Virus record (IMG/VR): IMGVR_UViG_3300034683_000192
Span: 96,001-160,000 of that record
Direction: 5' to 3' (one strand)
DNA length: 64,000 bases
DNA from: a virus
Part shown: one piece after another, positions 46,913 through 56,966 of the stretch
How positions within the stretch are numbered: position 1 is the stretch's first letter
Layout: every line of letters begins with the position of its first letter
The notes under the pieces: model-generated
The model's database searches: none
The model's input: the letters and a program-made list of their open reading frames with translations, nothing else
Told to the model about the DNA's origin: nothing
Made by a program: the position numbers and the translations under genes

Positions 46913-48053
46913 TTAGAATTTCGCGTATTCTTTCCGCGGTTATAGGTGATGTACCATATACCGTCTGGAGATGAAGAAACACATGTTCATGAATATTGGA
47001 TTCATCAACTACAAATTCTTCTGTAGATAACTGCAGATCAAAATCTGTACTGATGATCTTTCTTTGTATATCGTCTTTCTTTGTGGATAAACCAGTAATC
47101 GAGAGATTGGTTCCATACGTTTGATTAGCGCACTGAATAAGGATCATTCTCTTTTCCGTATCTTCGTGTGCTATTCTCAAATGTCCGTATGGATTTTCTC
47201 CAAACTTCTTCTTAATCTGATCATGCATGTCAAGAAGAAGTTCATCGATGTCTCCGTTATTCGATTTAGGATAAATCGTAAAGAAGTACATCGCTTCAGT
47301 ATTTTCTTTGAAAGTCATTTTCCACTTATCATCAGCTAACCGAGTAAGTGTTAGATAACCTTTCTTTTCCTCTTCTCCATGATTTAATCGTTCAAAGCTC
47401 CCCACATACACAACATTTTTGTGTACTGAATGCGTATGAACATGACCCACTAGTACCTTCCCCTTGACCCATCCTTCGAACTGTTTCGCTCGATAAGTAC
47501 GAGCAGGTTCTTTAGGTATGCCTTTGGGAAGGACATGATCAAAATATCCATGAGCTATGACTAGATCAACATACGTCCATCCGGACTTTTCCATCGTTTC
47601 GTGTACAAGATCCAAAATCTCTTCACTTGTCTTGTATGGAAGATCGTCTGGAATGAACAGCAATCGAAGATCCATATCAGGAATGTATTCGATCGCGACA
47701 TGATCGTAGTATTTGAGATCTGCCATCATGTCTGCGTATGTCAAATTGAGAGTATTTACTGTGGCAAGTTGACCTCTATCGTGGCTCCATGTACCACGAA
47801 GAATTCTGACCTTTACAGAATACTCTCGAGCAATGCGAAGTAGTTCGCCTATCGCAAGAAGTGCTTCCTGTGTTTGAACATGATCGAGAAGAAGTAGCTT
47901 ATCAAAAAGATCACCAGCAAATATCAGCAGTTTTGCTTGTTTGATATCTTCGTGTACGTCACGCAAATCGTAGCGTATTTTTCCTGCAGTGATCTTCGGA
48001 TGCCCAAAATGAACATCCGAGATCACTACAGCGTCGTAGATTTTTTCCATCAC
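46905..48053 (-). CDS. Mre11/SbcD-like metallophosphoesterase nuclease
   Basis: ISDVHFG, FAGDLFD, LRGTWSHD, AHG, GHVH, YVGSFER. Confidence 0.88.
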   Translation of the reverse strand: MMEKIYDAVVISDVHFGHPKITAGKIRYDLRDVHEDIKQAKLLIFAGDLFDKLLLLDHVQTQEALLAIGELLRIAREYSVKVRILRGTWSHDRGQLATVNTLNLTYADMMADLKYYDHVAIEYIPDMDLRLLFIPDDLPYKTSEEILDLVHETMEKSGWTYVDLVIAHGYFDHVLPKGIPKEPARTYRAKQFEGWVKGKVLVGHVHTHSVHKNVVYVGSFERLNHGEEEKKGYLTLTRLADDKWKMTFKENTEAMYFFTIYPKSNNGDIDELLLDMHDQIKKKFGENPYGHLRIAHEDTEKRMILIQCANQTYGTNLSITGLSTKKDDIQRKIISTDFDLQLSTEEFVVDESNIHEHVFLHLQTVYGTSPITAERIREILSE

Positions 48054-48655
48054 TATTCGTCAGAGGATTCGAAGAAATCCTCTACCGACTGTTCAGGTGA
48101 ATCAATTTGTGCTTCCGATTCTTCCGGAAGATTCTTGACGAGTTCCGCATATTTTTCAGGATTCGTCTTCTTCAGAACCCCAAGAGACAGTTTGATGACA
48201 GCAGATTGTGCAGCTGCCAGCTTCCGCGGGTTATGCCCCTGGGATTGTACGAATTCTCGTGCGAGAATGTAGTACGCTTTCGTGTTATCGTCATGCGTTT
48301 CATTCTCGTTCTTGTTGTGGAGATATTCGAGACTGCCAGACTTCATCGAGTCGATGAGCGATGTCGGCATTCTTTCAGGAGGAATGGTAAATACCACGTT
48401 ATCCTGATTGGTCGGATCCATCGGAGATCCGTCATGATAGACGGTGATGAACTTAGTGATGTCGAATCTTTCCTCGTATTCTGCTCGGAGGATCCGCATA
48501 CTCTGCATTTCCGCTTCAGGAATAGATTCCTTGTTTCGGAAAAGCGGAGCGAATCTTGCGAACTCCGAAAGATATACTCTCGACTTTTCAAGTTCGACTT
48601 CTTGAATTGTCTTGAGCATCTCCTGAAATTCTCGACGGTTTTCTTCGTAGCTCAT
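48053..48655 (-). CDS. Conserved hypothetical core protein
   Basis: 200-aa ORF coupled to its neighbours. Confidence 0.7.
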   Translation of the reverse strand: MSYEENRREFQEMLKTIQEVELEKSRVYLSEFARFAPLFRNKESIPEAEMQSMRILRAEYEERFDITKFITVYHDGSPMDPTNQDNVVFTIPPERMPTSLIDSMKSGSLEYLHNKNENETHDDNTKAYYILAREFVQSQGHNPRKLAAAQSAVIKLSLGVLKKTNPEKYAELVKNLPEESEAQIDSPEQSVEDFFESSDE

Positions 48656-49086
48656 ATCTTCGTTCCTTTGAGCGAGAGTTCAAGTATTGAGTTTTGATTG
48701 ACTTTGATCATTGCGTCAGTAAGAACCAAAGAATCGACATTACTCGAATCAGTGACCGTTACACGTACTTCGAGATTGTACGACCCATCAGTTTCTTTTT
48801 CGGTAGAGGTTACTTCTACCCGAATATTTCCATTTGGAAAATATCTGGTAAGAATATCACCGAGCTGGTTCTGGTACGCAGAACAGAGCGCGTCTGGGTT
48901 ATCGCCATATTGCGCCTGCAATTCGCGAAGCGACAACTTGATTCCAGGATAGAGATCGGTATCTTTTCCTGGTTGTGCGGTGGTATGTCTGATGACATAC
49001 GCAGTAACATCCTGTATGGAAGTGATTATTCCAACAGATGCACTAAGAGTCGGAATGCATGGAATAGGATCAGTCGTCTGGCTCAT
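48652..49086 (-). CDS. Conserved core protein, possibly virion (gp25-like fold)
   Basis: SL.ELQAQYGDNP.ALC...Q..L..IL.RYF...VEV pattern; start at MSQTTD with GAGGAG RBS. Confidence 0.55.
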   Translation of the reverse strand: MSQTTDPIPCIPTLSASVGIITSIQDVTAYVIRHTTAQPGKDTDLYPGIKLSLRELQAQYGDNPDALCSAYQNQLGDILTRYFPNGNIRVEVTSTEKETDGSYNLEVRVTVTDSSNVDSLVLTDAMIKVNQNSILELSLKGTKI

Positions 49087-49167
49087 GGGCTTTCTCCTCA
49101 AAGAAAAATGAATATAAACGTGAGGTATAGAATCGAGGGGACCCTAGACGGGTATCCCCTCGATTCA

Positions 49168-49836
49168 TTAGCCCCGGATGTTATCGAGATCAGTGGGATC
49201 GAGGTACGTCGTTTCAACGACCTCTTCCATGAGTCTACGAGCACGATCCAGTGAGATGACTTCGTCTGGCGTAAGATCCACGTCATCGTGATCTTCCGTA
49301 TCGACGAATATGAGAATATCTTCTTCAGGAACTCCACGAAGTTCCGCAAGTTCTTTGCGCAGTTCTTTATCTTCTTCGTTCAGGAATTTGTCAGGGTCAT
49401 CCAAATGAACGACTCCGTTGCGATCGATGAGTCGATCGTACATTTCTTTCTTCTGCACTAACTCATCAGCAGTATATCCATACCCACTGATTCGACCTTG
49501 CTTCAGTAGAGAGAATACGGGATCCGTGGTGATTGTCGGGATGATCATGCAGGGAGGAAGTTCCCTGAGTTCCTCGATATCGTCGATCCAGATGATATCG
49601 TCCGTACGCAGAAGCTTTCTTGCTACGAGATTGACAGCACGACTCGCTTCACGAATCGGCACTATGTACTTCGAAAGAAATGAATCGTACTGTCTACCGT
49701 ATCGGTCATCTTTCGACCCGAAATAGGTAGAACCAGTCAGTCGGTTGATCTGCTGAATAAGAGCAGCATCTCCTCTCGTACCAAGGAGACTCGACATCGG
49801 TGGGATGCTGCTCAGTTCGGTGAGGTTACTCAACAT
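49168..49836 (-). CDS. Conserved hypothetical core protein
   Basis: 222-aa ORF ending DPTDLDNIRG; GAGGAG RBS; TATATTAC upstream. Confidence 0.7.
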   Translation of the reverse strand: MLSNLTELSSIPPMSSLLGTRGDAALIQQINRLTGSTYFGSKDDRYGRQYDSFLSKYIVPIREASRAVNLVARKLLRTDDIIWIDDIEELRELPPCMIIPTITTDPVFSLLKQGRISGYGYTADELVQKKEMYDRLIDRNGVVHLDDPDKFLNEEDKELRKELAELRGVPEEDILIFVDTEDHDDVDLTPDEVISLDRARRLMEEVVETTYLDPTDLDNIRG

Positions 49837-49876
49837 CAGTTCTCCTCAAACTTTTAAAGTTCCGATACTCATCAAA

Positions 49877-49884
49877 GTAATATA
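49877..49884 (-). promoter_or_regulatory. TATATTAC promoter motif
   Basis: Exact motif, intergenic. Confidence 0.6.
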
Positions 49885-49930
49885 TTCCTATTCCTTTGAC
49901 GAGCACAGAATGGTTATGTGTTATCTTCTT

Positions 49931-50269
49931 CTACATGAACTCGTCGTCGACATTGATCTCTACTTCGATTAATGCTACTCCAGTAGGAGTCTTTACTACT
50001 TTGCATGACAAATATCGCACACAAGGATCTTCTGCGTAAATGCTAAGATATCCCTTATTTCCAGCAAGTCCGATTCGAACTTCACCATCGAGAAGAGCTT
50101 CTCTGAACCAAGCTGGATACTTCTCTGACATTATTTCAGCCTTATCTTCTTCTCGTATTGGACCGAAAATAAACTCAGTAATCTGTGAACTCATGATGCT
50201 CTCCATATGCTGAGTGTTATGACAGCAAAACAAATCACGATCGATATAATTGAGTTTGGGGATCTCCAC
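49931..50269 (-). CDS. Hypothetical protein
   Basis: 112-aa ORF; true start probably internal. Confidence 0.5.
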   Translation of the reverse strand: MEIPKLNYIDRDLFCCHNTQHMESIMSSQITEFIFGPIREEDKAEIMSEKYPAWFREALLDGEVRIGLAGNKGYLSIYAEDPCVRYLSCKVVKTPTGVALIEVEINVDDEFM

Positions 50270-50295
50270 CCTAAGATAGAGATCCCCAAATTGAA

Positions 50296-51231
50296 CTATT
50301 TCTTTTCGTCGTGATAACCAAGACCCTCTATTAGAGAATTCAATTTCATCAGACGATCATTGGCCACCTTGATGTATTTTTCATTACCAGGATGGCTCCA
50401 AAGATCAACCAAAGTCTCACGGATAGCAATAGCTTCTCTGCGATGGCCTGCGAGAGCTTTCTTGGACAGCTTCGGATAGACGTTTCTTTGCTGTCCTTCC
50501 CAGCCACGAATTCTCGATTGGAACATCACGTCGAGGTGATTTACGAGTTGACCTTCTTTCTTGTCCATGGCGATACCAGTAATAAAGTACCGGTATTCCA
50601 CAGTATCTCCACGGAACAGATACGTTTGTTCAATCCAACAATCTATTCCGGGAATCCCTAGGCATGATTGCATGGAATGTAGTACGTGTGCACGACAAAT
50701 GAACAAATCAAATATCGCATACGGATACTTGAGAAGATCTTTCATCGTGCGTTCCGTGTGTGGAATTTTCTTTAATTCGCACACATCGGATTCGCATCTT
50801 GCTGAGATGATTTTATCTGTAGCGTCCTTTTTGACTGGAGGACTTACGCACATGCTGAGAGGATCTACGAGTTCGACACCTTGTGGTTTGATTTCCATGA
50901 GCACATTGAGAAGCGCTCTTCTGCAGAGTGGAGGCATGCGAAAATCGATACCGCCTTTGATATCGATACTGGGGCGCATGCGTTTGATCGCAGTCTGCGG
51001 ATCGGAGACTTCGACCTGACGAACTTCGGATGTCTTTGACCATCCGACAATTGGTGAATTCATCCGTACAGCGAAAAATGTACGAATAGATTTGACGCAA
51101 TATTCTGCGTCACTGAAGAATGTCGCGAGAGCTTCCCTGAAACCATCGCTGACGGTAGAATCAGCGAGAGAATCGATTGTCGTTTTGTACGACTCGAAAA
51201 TTTTGGGATACGAAATCTTGTCAGAAAACAT
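50296..51231 (-). CDS. Hypothetical protein
   Basis: 311-aa ORF with AGGAG RBS. Confidence 0.7.
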   Translation of the reverse strand: MFSDKISYPKIFESYKTTIDSLADSTVSDGFREALATFFSDAEYCVKSIRTFFAVRMNSPIVGWSKTSEVRQVEVSDPQTAIKRMRPSIDIKGGIDFRMPPLCRRALLNVLMEIKPQGVELVDPLSMCVSPPVKKDATDKIISARCESDVCELKKIPHTERTMKDLLKYPYAIFDLFICRAHVLHSMQSCLGIPGIDCWIEQTYLFRGDTVEYRYFITGIAMDKKEGQLVNHLDVMFQSRIRGWEGQQRNVYPKLSKKALAGHRREAIAIRETLVDLWSHPGNEKYIKVANDRLMKLNSLIEGLGYHDEKK

Positions 51232-51342
51232 GGGTTTCTCCTTTGTGGTGACTATTGACCGCCAAATGAGGTTAATGAAGCTTCTGGCCTAATGACGCTT
51301 ATATTGTTACTGGTGGGAGGAATTTCCTCCCACCAGATACAA

Positions 51343-51510
51343 TCACGAATTTTCTTTGTATGTGCATTCAGCAAATTCCCAGACGCACTGGTCAGCCATG
51401 TCCTGCTTTTCTTGTTCAGTCATGGCATTCCATTTTTCGTCATCGACTTCAATCGTAGTTTCTCGTTCTGAGCACATGTACCCTGTGGATACAATAACTT
51501 TTATTTCCAC
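51343..51510 (-). CDS. Small acidic protein missed by the ORF track (55 aa)
   Basis: AGGAG RBS, GTG start, MEIKVIVSTGYMCSERETTIEVDDEKWNAMTEQEKQDMADQCVWEFAECTYKENS*; fills the gap exactly. Confidence 0.7.
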   Translation of the reverse strand: MEIKVIVSTGYMCSERETTIEVDDEKWNAMTEQEKQDMADQCVWEFAECTYKENS

Positions 51511-51521
51511 GAGCTAAACTC

Positions 51522-52037
51522 CTAGGGTTTCCACCACCCAAACAGCTGTTTAATATTCTCTTTGAGTGATGATTCACGATTCTTTTGTTCGAGTTTTGTA
51601 AGAAGCTCAGAATTCTCCTTACGAAGATCCTTTACTTCTTGCATTATGCATGAATTGTAGAACCCTACGACATTGATGAATAAGTATTCTTCGACATCGT
51701 GGAGGTATACAAAATCGCCCTCTGGTGAGGTATATTTTTTCAATCGATGGCTGTCGCTAGGTAATGGTAGACCTGGGTCTATTTTCCATGCTGGGGAAAC
51801 GTATCGAGTACGAAGCTCGATGATTCGTGAAGGATCTTCGATATATCCTAAGATTTTCCAATCATCTTCCGTTCTGACATATGCGACATACGTCATCTGG
51901 TTATTATCATCTCGTGCACCGACGATAATGACTGACCATTCCGGAGGAGAGAAGTACTTAAGAGTAGATTCATTCGTAGTGTAGTACACATCAGTATGCA
52001 TCACTCTTATTTCTTCGCACGTAATGTTTTTAGACAT
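51522..52037 (-). CDS. Hypothetical protein
   Basis: 171-aa ORF with GGAG RBS. Confidence 0.65.
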   Translation of the reverse strand: MSKNITCEEIRVMHTDVYYTTNESTLKYFSPPEWSVIIVGARDDNNQMTYVAYVRTEDDWKILGYIEDPSRIIELRTRYVSPAWKIDPGLPLPSDSHRLKKYTSPEGDFVYLHDVEEYLFINVVGFYNSCIMQEVKDLRKENSELLTKLEQKNRESSLKENIKQLFGWWKP

Positions 52038-52051
52038 TTCGCTCTCCAGAA

Positions 52052-52477
52052 TCAGTTCTTTTTGAATTCTTCGTTCAAATATTCCTTGAACAGTTCTTTT
52101 GCTGCATCAGGAATTTCTCGAACAATCTCACTATTCGTCACAGTAGGTACCACGCGAATAGCGATCATTTGATTGGTGCTTGGGAGTACCCAAGTCACTA
52201 TCCAGCATAATGCACCGATCACCGCGAATCGGATGATTGTCTTGTCAGATATCTTGTCGTCGTTGAATTCTTGAGCCTGTTTTCTGTGGTATTCGGGTTC
52301 CGAGGTGGTCGGATTATCTGCGTGGTTGTTATGTTTTTTGATCTTTTCGTTCATCTCGTTATTGTGGAACATCCCGAAAACAGCAAGTACTAGAGTAAGT
52401 ACCCCGGCAATAGCGAGTATGAGTCGAATTCCATCGAGTTTCAGAATCCAGTAAACTTCCCACGCGGTCATTTTCAT
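52052..52477 (-). CDS. Membrane protein
   Basis: Two TM segments; W...KLD.I N-terminus. Confidence 0.65.
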   Translation of the reverse strand: MKMTAWEVYWILKLDGIRLILAIAGVLTLVLAVFGMFHNNEMNEKIKKHNNHADNPTTSEPEYHRKQAQEFNDDKISDKTIIRFAVIGALCWIVTWVLPSTNQMIAIRVVPTVTNSEIVREIPDAAKELFKEYLNEEFKKN

Positions 52478-52827
52478 TCTCCTTCGATACGAATGTTTGC
52501 AGCAGAAAGCAAATCCCGGAAATAATCGACGAATTCATTGGTACCTACAGGCGATGCTTCCATTAGCTTTACGCCTTGAAAATACAAAACTCGTGAAGTA
52601 TCGATCGATACGACATTACTGACGTATTCGATCGTCATATTGATTGCCGCAGAAATAGCGGTCCCAGTGAGATCTTCTGTGGATTTCAGTACTGGGCACA
52701 GTCGATGAAGGAATTCTTCAGTGTACGGTACATTTGAACGCAATCGCGTTGACAGATCAGAAAGATGGATACAAAGATCTATGAATTCATCTTCTGTTCT
52801 ACCGATGAGAAATTGTTTGGTGTACAT
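52474..52827 (-). CDS. Hypothetical protein
   Basis: Coupled ORF. Confidence 0.6.
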   Translation of the reverse strand: MYTKQFLIGRTEDEFIDLCIHLSDLSTRLRSNVPYTEEFLHRLCPVLKSTEDLTGTAISAAINMTIEYVSNVVSIDTSRVLYFQGVKLMEASPVGTNEFVDYFRDLLSAANIRIEGE

Positions 52828-52841
52828 GATTTTGTCCTGAA

Positions 52842-53120
52842 TTACAGATGAAACGCACGGAGTCTGGACAAGATCCGCTGAAGAGGAGCAGCTTCATTTA
52901 TGTTGAAGGTGTCCGCAACTGGAATGTTCTGATTGATAAAATTCACGGCGAATTCGTGAACTTCTTCGACTGTGTTACAAACCAGACGAATCTGATGTTC
53001 TGCGGTCTGTGCTGCATGATCTCCGAGTATCGTTTTGATGTATCGTGAGGCAACCTGCACAGACTCTTTAAGTGCATCATTCATCACAATCTTTCTCCTC
53101 TTTAGGATTGCAGTACGCAA
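52842..53120 (-). CDS. Hypothetical protein
   Basis: Coupled ORF; probable start at MNDALK. Confidence 0.55.
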   Translation of the reverse strand: MRTAILKRRKIVMNDALKESVQVASRYIKTILGDHAAQTAEHQIRLVCNTVEEVHEFAVNFINQNIPVADTFNINEAAPLQRILSRLRAFHL

Positions 53121-53268
53121 GAGAATCTAACACGATTTTTTGTTTGTAACGAGTTTTCACTGTCGTGAGTATTTCCGGTAAGGGTTGTTTCATATCGTCG
53201 ACATTTTTCATAGTCAAACGAGTACCATCGGCATAAATGGTTCGAATGTCTATGGGAATATCTTTCAT
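53077..53268 (-). CDS. Small hypothetical protein
   Basis: MKDIPID start after AGGA. Confidence 0.45.
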   Translation of the reverse strand: MKDIPIDIRTIYADGTRLTMKNVDDMKQPLPEILTTVKTRYKQKIVLDSLAYCNPKEEKDCDE

Positions 53269-53618
53269 TGGAGTTTCCTTGTTGCGCAATGTGTATCAAG
53301 TTCTTCGAAATACTTTTCTGCTTCGCGCATTGACAAAGAATTTATCGCGTCACTTTGATCAGGATTGTGGTGCATGAGCTTTACTGCTTTACCGCTCAAG
53401 ATAACGGCAAGTACCATCCTTTTCATTGCCTCGTAAACCATATCTTCATCGATGCCATCGTTGGTGCGAAGAGAATTCAAGTATTCGCGAATACACTCGA
53501 CGATTTTGTCACTGGGATAATCCACGAGCGTCAAGAATTTCTTCGTCAATTTGTCGTCATCTTCAGCGTGGTACAACTTACAAAGTTCATCCACGAGATC
53601 GAGAGGAATTCTGATCAT
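53265..53618 (-). CDS. Hypothetical protein
   Basis: 117-aa ORF. Confidence 0.6.
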   Translation of the reverse strand: MIRIPLDLVDELCKLYHAEDDDKLTKKFLTLVDYPSDKIVECIREYLNSLRTNDGIDEDMVYEAMKRMVLAVILSGKAVKLMHHNPDQSDAINSLSMREAEKYFEELDTHCATRKLQ

Positions 53619-53638
53619 ATCGTTTTACCTATTTAAAG

Positions 53639-53666
53639 AGGAGGATCCCCTCAAAGGGATCCTCCT
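53639..53666. terminator. Hairpin after RNAP beta'-N
   Basis: AGGAGGATCCC...GGGATCCTCCT. Confidence 0.65.
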
Positions 53667-53674
53667 TCCTGTTA

Positions 53675-55198
53675 TTACATTTCGAACCTAACGTGTTTTG
53701 GCGTATCCATACCACACGAAAGGAATGAGTTGATGTGAACTGTCGCCTGGTTTGTAGGCATAACGAGTCCACCAACTGCCAAATCGGATTTCGACAGAAT
53801 AGTCATCCTTGGATGAAGATTCTGAAGAAATGGCACCATCCCCATTTCTTTGATGAAGAGGATGTACATTTCGTCACCATCAAAGTCAGCATTCGGGGCT
53901 TTGCAGATACGCGCAGAAATGGAGATTGTTTCATCCGCCATATCTGTTTTGACTTTGGTCATGTAAAGGAGCTGAATGGCTCCTAGGACCAGAGTCGGAT
54001 TTCGTCCGACCAAAAGAGGTAGTCCCTTATAAGGACACTCTTCGATCAGTTTCATGATGATGCGGTGAATATCTTCGTCGAACACTACAAGTCCTCGCAT
54101 GTACTTTGCGAGTGCCTCGTTGAGTGTATGTGGTCGTTTAACTTTGTATCCTGGGGATTCTTCCACAGGAATGAAAGATCGATTCATGAGAACATTAAGG
54201 ATCTCTCCTTTAAGTGCTCCCATTGCAATTTTCATAGGGATATAGATTTCATCCCCTTCATGTGGACTGACGATTGGTACAATGACTGAACGTGCAGAGA
54301 AGTGGACTCTAGCGCCCATGTTGTGGCGACGAGCCTGTGCAAATTTGTCACCGAATTTCTTTTCGATGATGTTTTCAGTATAAGCGATGAGACTTTCGTA
54401 GACTTTCCACAACTGTCTGTCGACGTACGTTTTGTCAGTCAGACATCTCTTCGATTCGTATGCGAGTGTGGACAAGTCAGATGCTGCTGACATCATGTGG
54501 CCTGCAGCGTTGTCAATAGCTTTCATCTTGCACTCTTTCGCGATTGGCGTAAGTACAGGATGAAGTGAAGGAAATTTGCGTATCCACATCAAGTGTTTGT
54601 ATTGCTCATACATGTCTTTGACGTGGCATAAATCTTTCTTGCTCTTCGTCAACTTGTATGTGTTGAAGAAGAAGTCCATGATTTCGTCTGTATGTTTCTC
54701 GAAATAGCGAAATCCTTGAGCACGGATGTGTGACCGCACACCGTGAGGAAGTTCTTCTGTAGGATCAAGGATTGCTTGGAGAAGAGGAATTTTTCGTACT
54801 TTCGATTTGGGTTTTTCGGACTTTACTTTGCCGAGCCATCTCGAAAGAACTGCGTAAAATACTGGATGCATGATCGATGGGAGATGATCAGGGAAGATGA
54901 GCCAGTTAACGCAGCCGAGTTTGCTCGTAAACTCTGTTGAGACAGTAGTTTTGCAGATCGGACAAACGTATCCTGCGTAGAAGTTCCCCCGATACTCCTT
55001 ACACTCACAAGTAGCTACGAAACCAAGCTCAGGCTCAATATCGTAGAAGAGCTGTGAGATTCTTTCTTGAGTAAGCTTCTTTCCTGTAAGATCAGAATCG
55101 TTAAGAGCTTTTGCTCCTATCGATTCAGAATGAAGTTTCTCAAAATCTGTTAGCCGTACCCTATTTCGTTTGAGATACGGACTTTTCTTTCCACTCAC
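53675..55198 (-). CDS. Non-virion RNA polymerase beta'-like catalytic subunit, N-terminal part (phiKZ gp55-like)
   Basis: Zn finger CEC...CPIC, ARVHFSARSVIVP, GRNPTL...AIQ, catalytic NADFDGDEM. GGAGG RBS. Confidence 0.95.
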   Translation of the reverse strand: MSGKKSPYLKRNRVRLTDFEKLHSESIGAKALNDSDLTGKKLTQERISQLFYDIEPELGFVATCECKEYRGNFYAGYVCPICKTTVSTEFTSKLGCVNWLIFPDHLPSIMHPVFYAVLSRWLGKVKSEKPKSKVRKIPLLQAILDPTEELPHGVRSHIRAQGFRYFEKHTDEIMDFFFNTYKLTKSKKDLCHVKDMYEQYKHLMWIRKFPSLHPVLTPIAKECKMKAIDNAAGHMMSAASDLSTLAYESKRCLTDKTYVDRQLWKVYESLIAYTENIIEKKFGDKFAQARRHNMGARVHFSARSVIVPIVSPHEGDEIYIPMKIAMGALKGEILNVLMNRSFIPVEESPGYKVKRPHTLNEALAKYMRGLVVFDEDIHRIIMKLIEECPYKGLPLLVGRNPTLVLGAIQLLYMTKVKTDMADETISISARICKAPNADFDGDEMYILFIKEMGMVPFLQNLHPRMTILSKSDLAVGGLVMPTNQATVHINSFLSCGMDTPKHVRFEM

Positions 55199-55248
55199 AG
55201 ATACTTACCTCCTAGACCGAAAAATTAAACCCTTTGGTCTAAAGAAAC

Positions 55249-55282
55249 AAGGGGAGGGACCCTTTGAAGGACCCCTCCCCTT
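55249..55282. terminator. Hairpin after chimallin
   Basis: AAGGGGAGGG...CCCTCCCCTT. Confidence 0.65.
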
Positions 55283-55316
55283 CGAACCGTTTCCTTAAGG
55301 CGTTTTCGTGTGTGGA

Positions 55317-56966
55317 CTATCTGTGACGGATGGTGCGACCACCCCAGATGCCAGAGCCCTGGCGAATGCTCTGCCCACGACGAGTGTGGATGGACGTACG
55401 ACCCATGATCGCAGAGATGTTGCGACCGCGGTCGAAGTAGGCGCCGATGCTGATGGGAGCATTGGTGTTGTAGTCGGTACGAACGCGCAGCGAGCTGCCG
55501 GCGGCCTTCATGATGGCTTCGAGCGCATCTTCACGCAGCGGGCACATGTAGGTCATGTACAGCGGCTGGACATTCTTGTAGCCGAGGTCACGAATGGAGT
55601 CGATCCGGCGCAGCGCATCGTTGTCGTAGGTGAGGAAGTCCCCGAGCAGACGACGATCGCTGGTAGCCTGAATGGCATCGAAGTAGTCGATTTCGCGGGA
55701 ATCGACCATGCGGCCTTCCTTGTTCACCAGAGTGGTGAGCATGCCGATCGGCTTGTCGAACATGGTATCCGGACCGTCAGTGATGTGATTGCTTCCGAAG
55801 AATTCAGCGAAGTCTTCGAGAATCGGGCCCTGCATCTTTTCGTTGGCCATGGCATACATGCCGGGCAGGGTCACGCGACCGGGCTGGATGTCGACCACGA
55901 CGATCGGTTCGAACATGCGGTCACGGACGAAGCGATTGAGCTGATCGATGTTGGTAAGTTCTTCGGGACGACCATCTTCATCGAACCACAGATTGCCGAG
56001 GTTCGGGCTGTTCGGGCCGAAGGATTGGAACGGAGACAGCCAGCCCTTATGGGTGATGGCGTAGTCCAGGAAGTTGGCCAGCAGAACGGGGAACATCCGA
56101 GAATGACGGATGTAGGAGGCCCATTCGGTGAGGTGCAGGATCGGCTGGTACATGAGGTCGCGGCCTTCGTAGACTTCATAGAAGTCCGTGAAACCGCCCA
56201 TGGCGCCGAGTTCGATGTATTCGTCGCGACGATCACGATCATCACGATTACGATCACGGTCGCGAACATCGCGATCACGATCGTCCGTCAGCATGTTCAT
56301 GACGATGCCGACGTCGATGCGGCCGAGCACCTTGTGCGGGGTCAGCGCGCCGATGACGTCGTGTACACGGTTGGGATCGGTGACGATGTCGTAGCGGCAT
56401 TCCTTCACCATCTTGTAGGTGATGTCGCTGTAGAGACCGCCGGTGAGTGCTTCCTTCACCGTGTCGAACCACTGGGTCGGCTTTTCGTAGTCGCCACGCA
56501 GAACGACGTAGACGTCCAGCAGCGATTCGGCATTGCCGATTTCCAGAGCGATGCGGAATTCGTCATGCACGCGGGAGACGTAGTCTTCGGTACCGCCGCG
56601 ATAAGCATCGGGGCGCATGTGTTCTTCGAAGATCAGCGCGACGGCGATGCCGTCCTTGACGAACAGTTCGGCGCTGGCGGCGGGCATACGCACGCTCGTG
56701 ATGCCGAGTTCCGGAGCCTTGGTGAAGGATTCCTTCAGCTGCGTCAGGAAGGTCGTACCTTCCGGCGACAGTGCCTGGTGCTGAGCCTTGCTGCGCACGT
56801 AGTGGATGAGCGATGCACCGCTCGAACCAGACGAGGAGGAAGCTGCACGTTCGGCGCGAGTGTCGTCCTGAACGGGCGACACGTTGTCATGAACGGATCC
56901 CACAGGGGATGCGATCGGATGACCCTGGGTCTTGTCATTGTCATCGATGGCGAATTCAACGGGCAT
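55317..56966 (-). CDS. chmA: Chimallin (phage nuclear shell protein), divergent
   Basis: Directly upstream of the beta'-N subunit, as in all Chimalliviridae. 549 aa with a disordered N-terminus. Blocks align by eye, from memory, to 201phi2-1 gp105 (RIDVGI~RADIVV, MGGFTDF~VAMFTNL, LANF...GWLSPF~LSNAF...AWARPF, NLGNL~DIGAL, PIVVVDI~PVFQIDL, VDSREID~RDRRDLD). GC3-rich codons and an early promoter. Confidence 0.78.
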   Translation of the reverse strand: MPVEFAIDDNDKTQGHPIASPVGSVHDNVSPVQDDTRAERAASSSSGSSGASLIHYVRSKAQHQALSPEGTTFLTQLKESFTKAPELGITSVRMPAASAELFVKDGIAVALIFEEHMRPDAYRGGTEDYVSRVHDEFRIALEIGNAESLLDVYVVLRGDYEKPTQWFDTVKEALTGGLYSDITYKMVKECRYDIVTDPNRVHDVIGALTPHKVLGRIDVGIVMNMLTDDRDRDVRDRDRNRDDRDRRDEYIELGAMGGFTDFYEVYEGRDLMYQPILHLTEWASYIRHSRMFPVLLANFLDYAITHKGWLSPFQSFGPNSPNLGNLWFDEDGRPEELTNIDQLNRFVRDRMFEPIVVVDIQPGRVTLPGMYAMANEKMQGPILEDFAEFFGSNHITDGPDTMFDKPIGMLTTLVNKEGRMVDSREIDYFDAIQATSDRRLLGDFLTYDNDALRRIDSIRDLGYKNVQPLYMTYMCPLREDALEAIMKAAGSSLRVRTDYNTNAPISIGAYFDRGRNISAIMGRTSIHTRRGQSIRQGSGIWGGRTIRHR

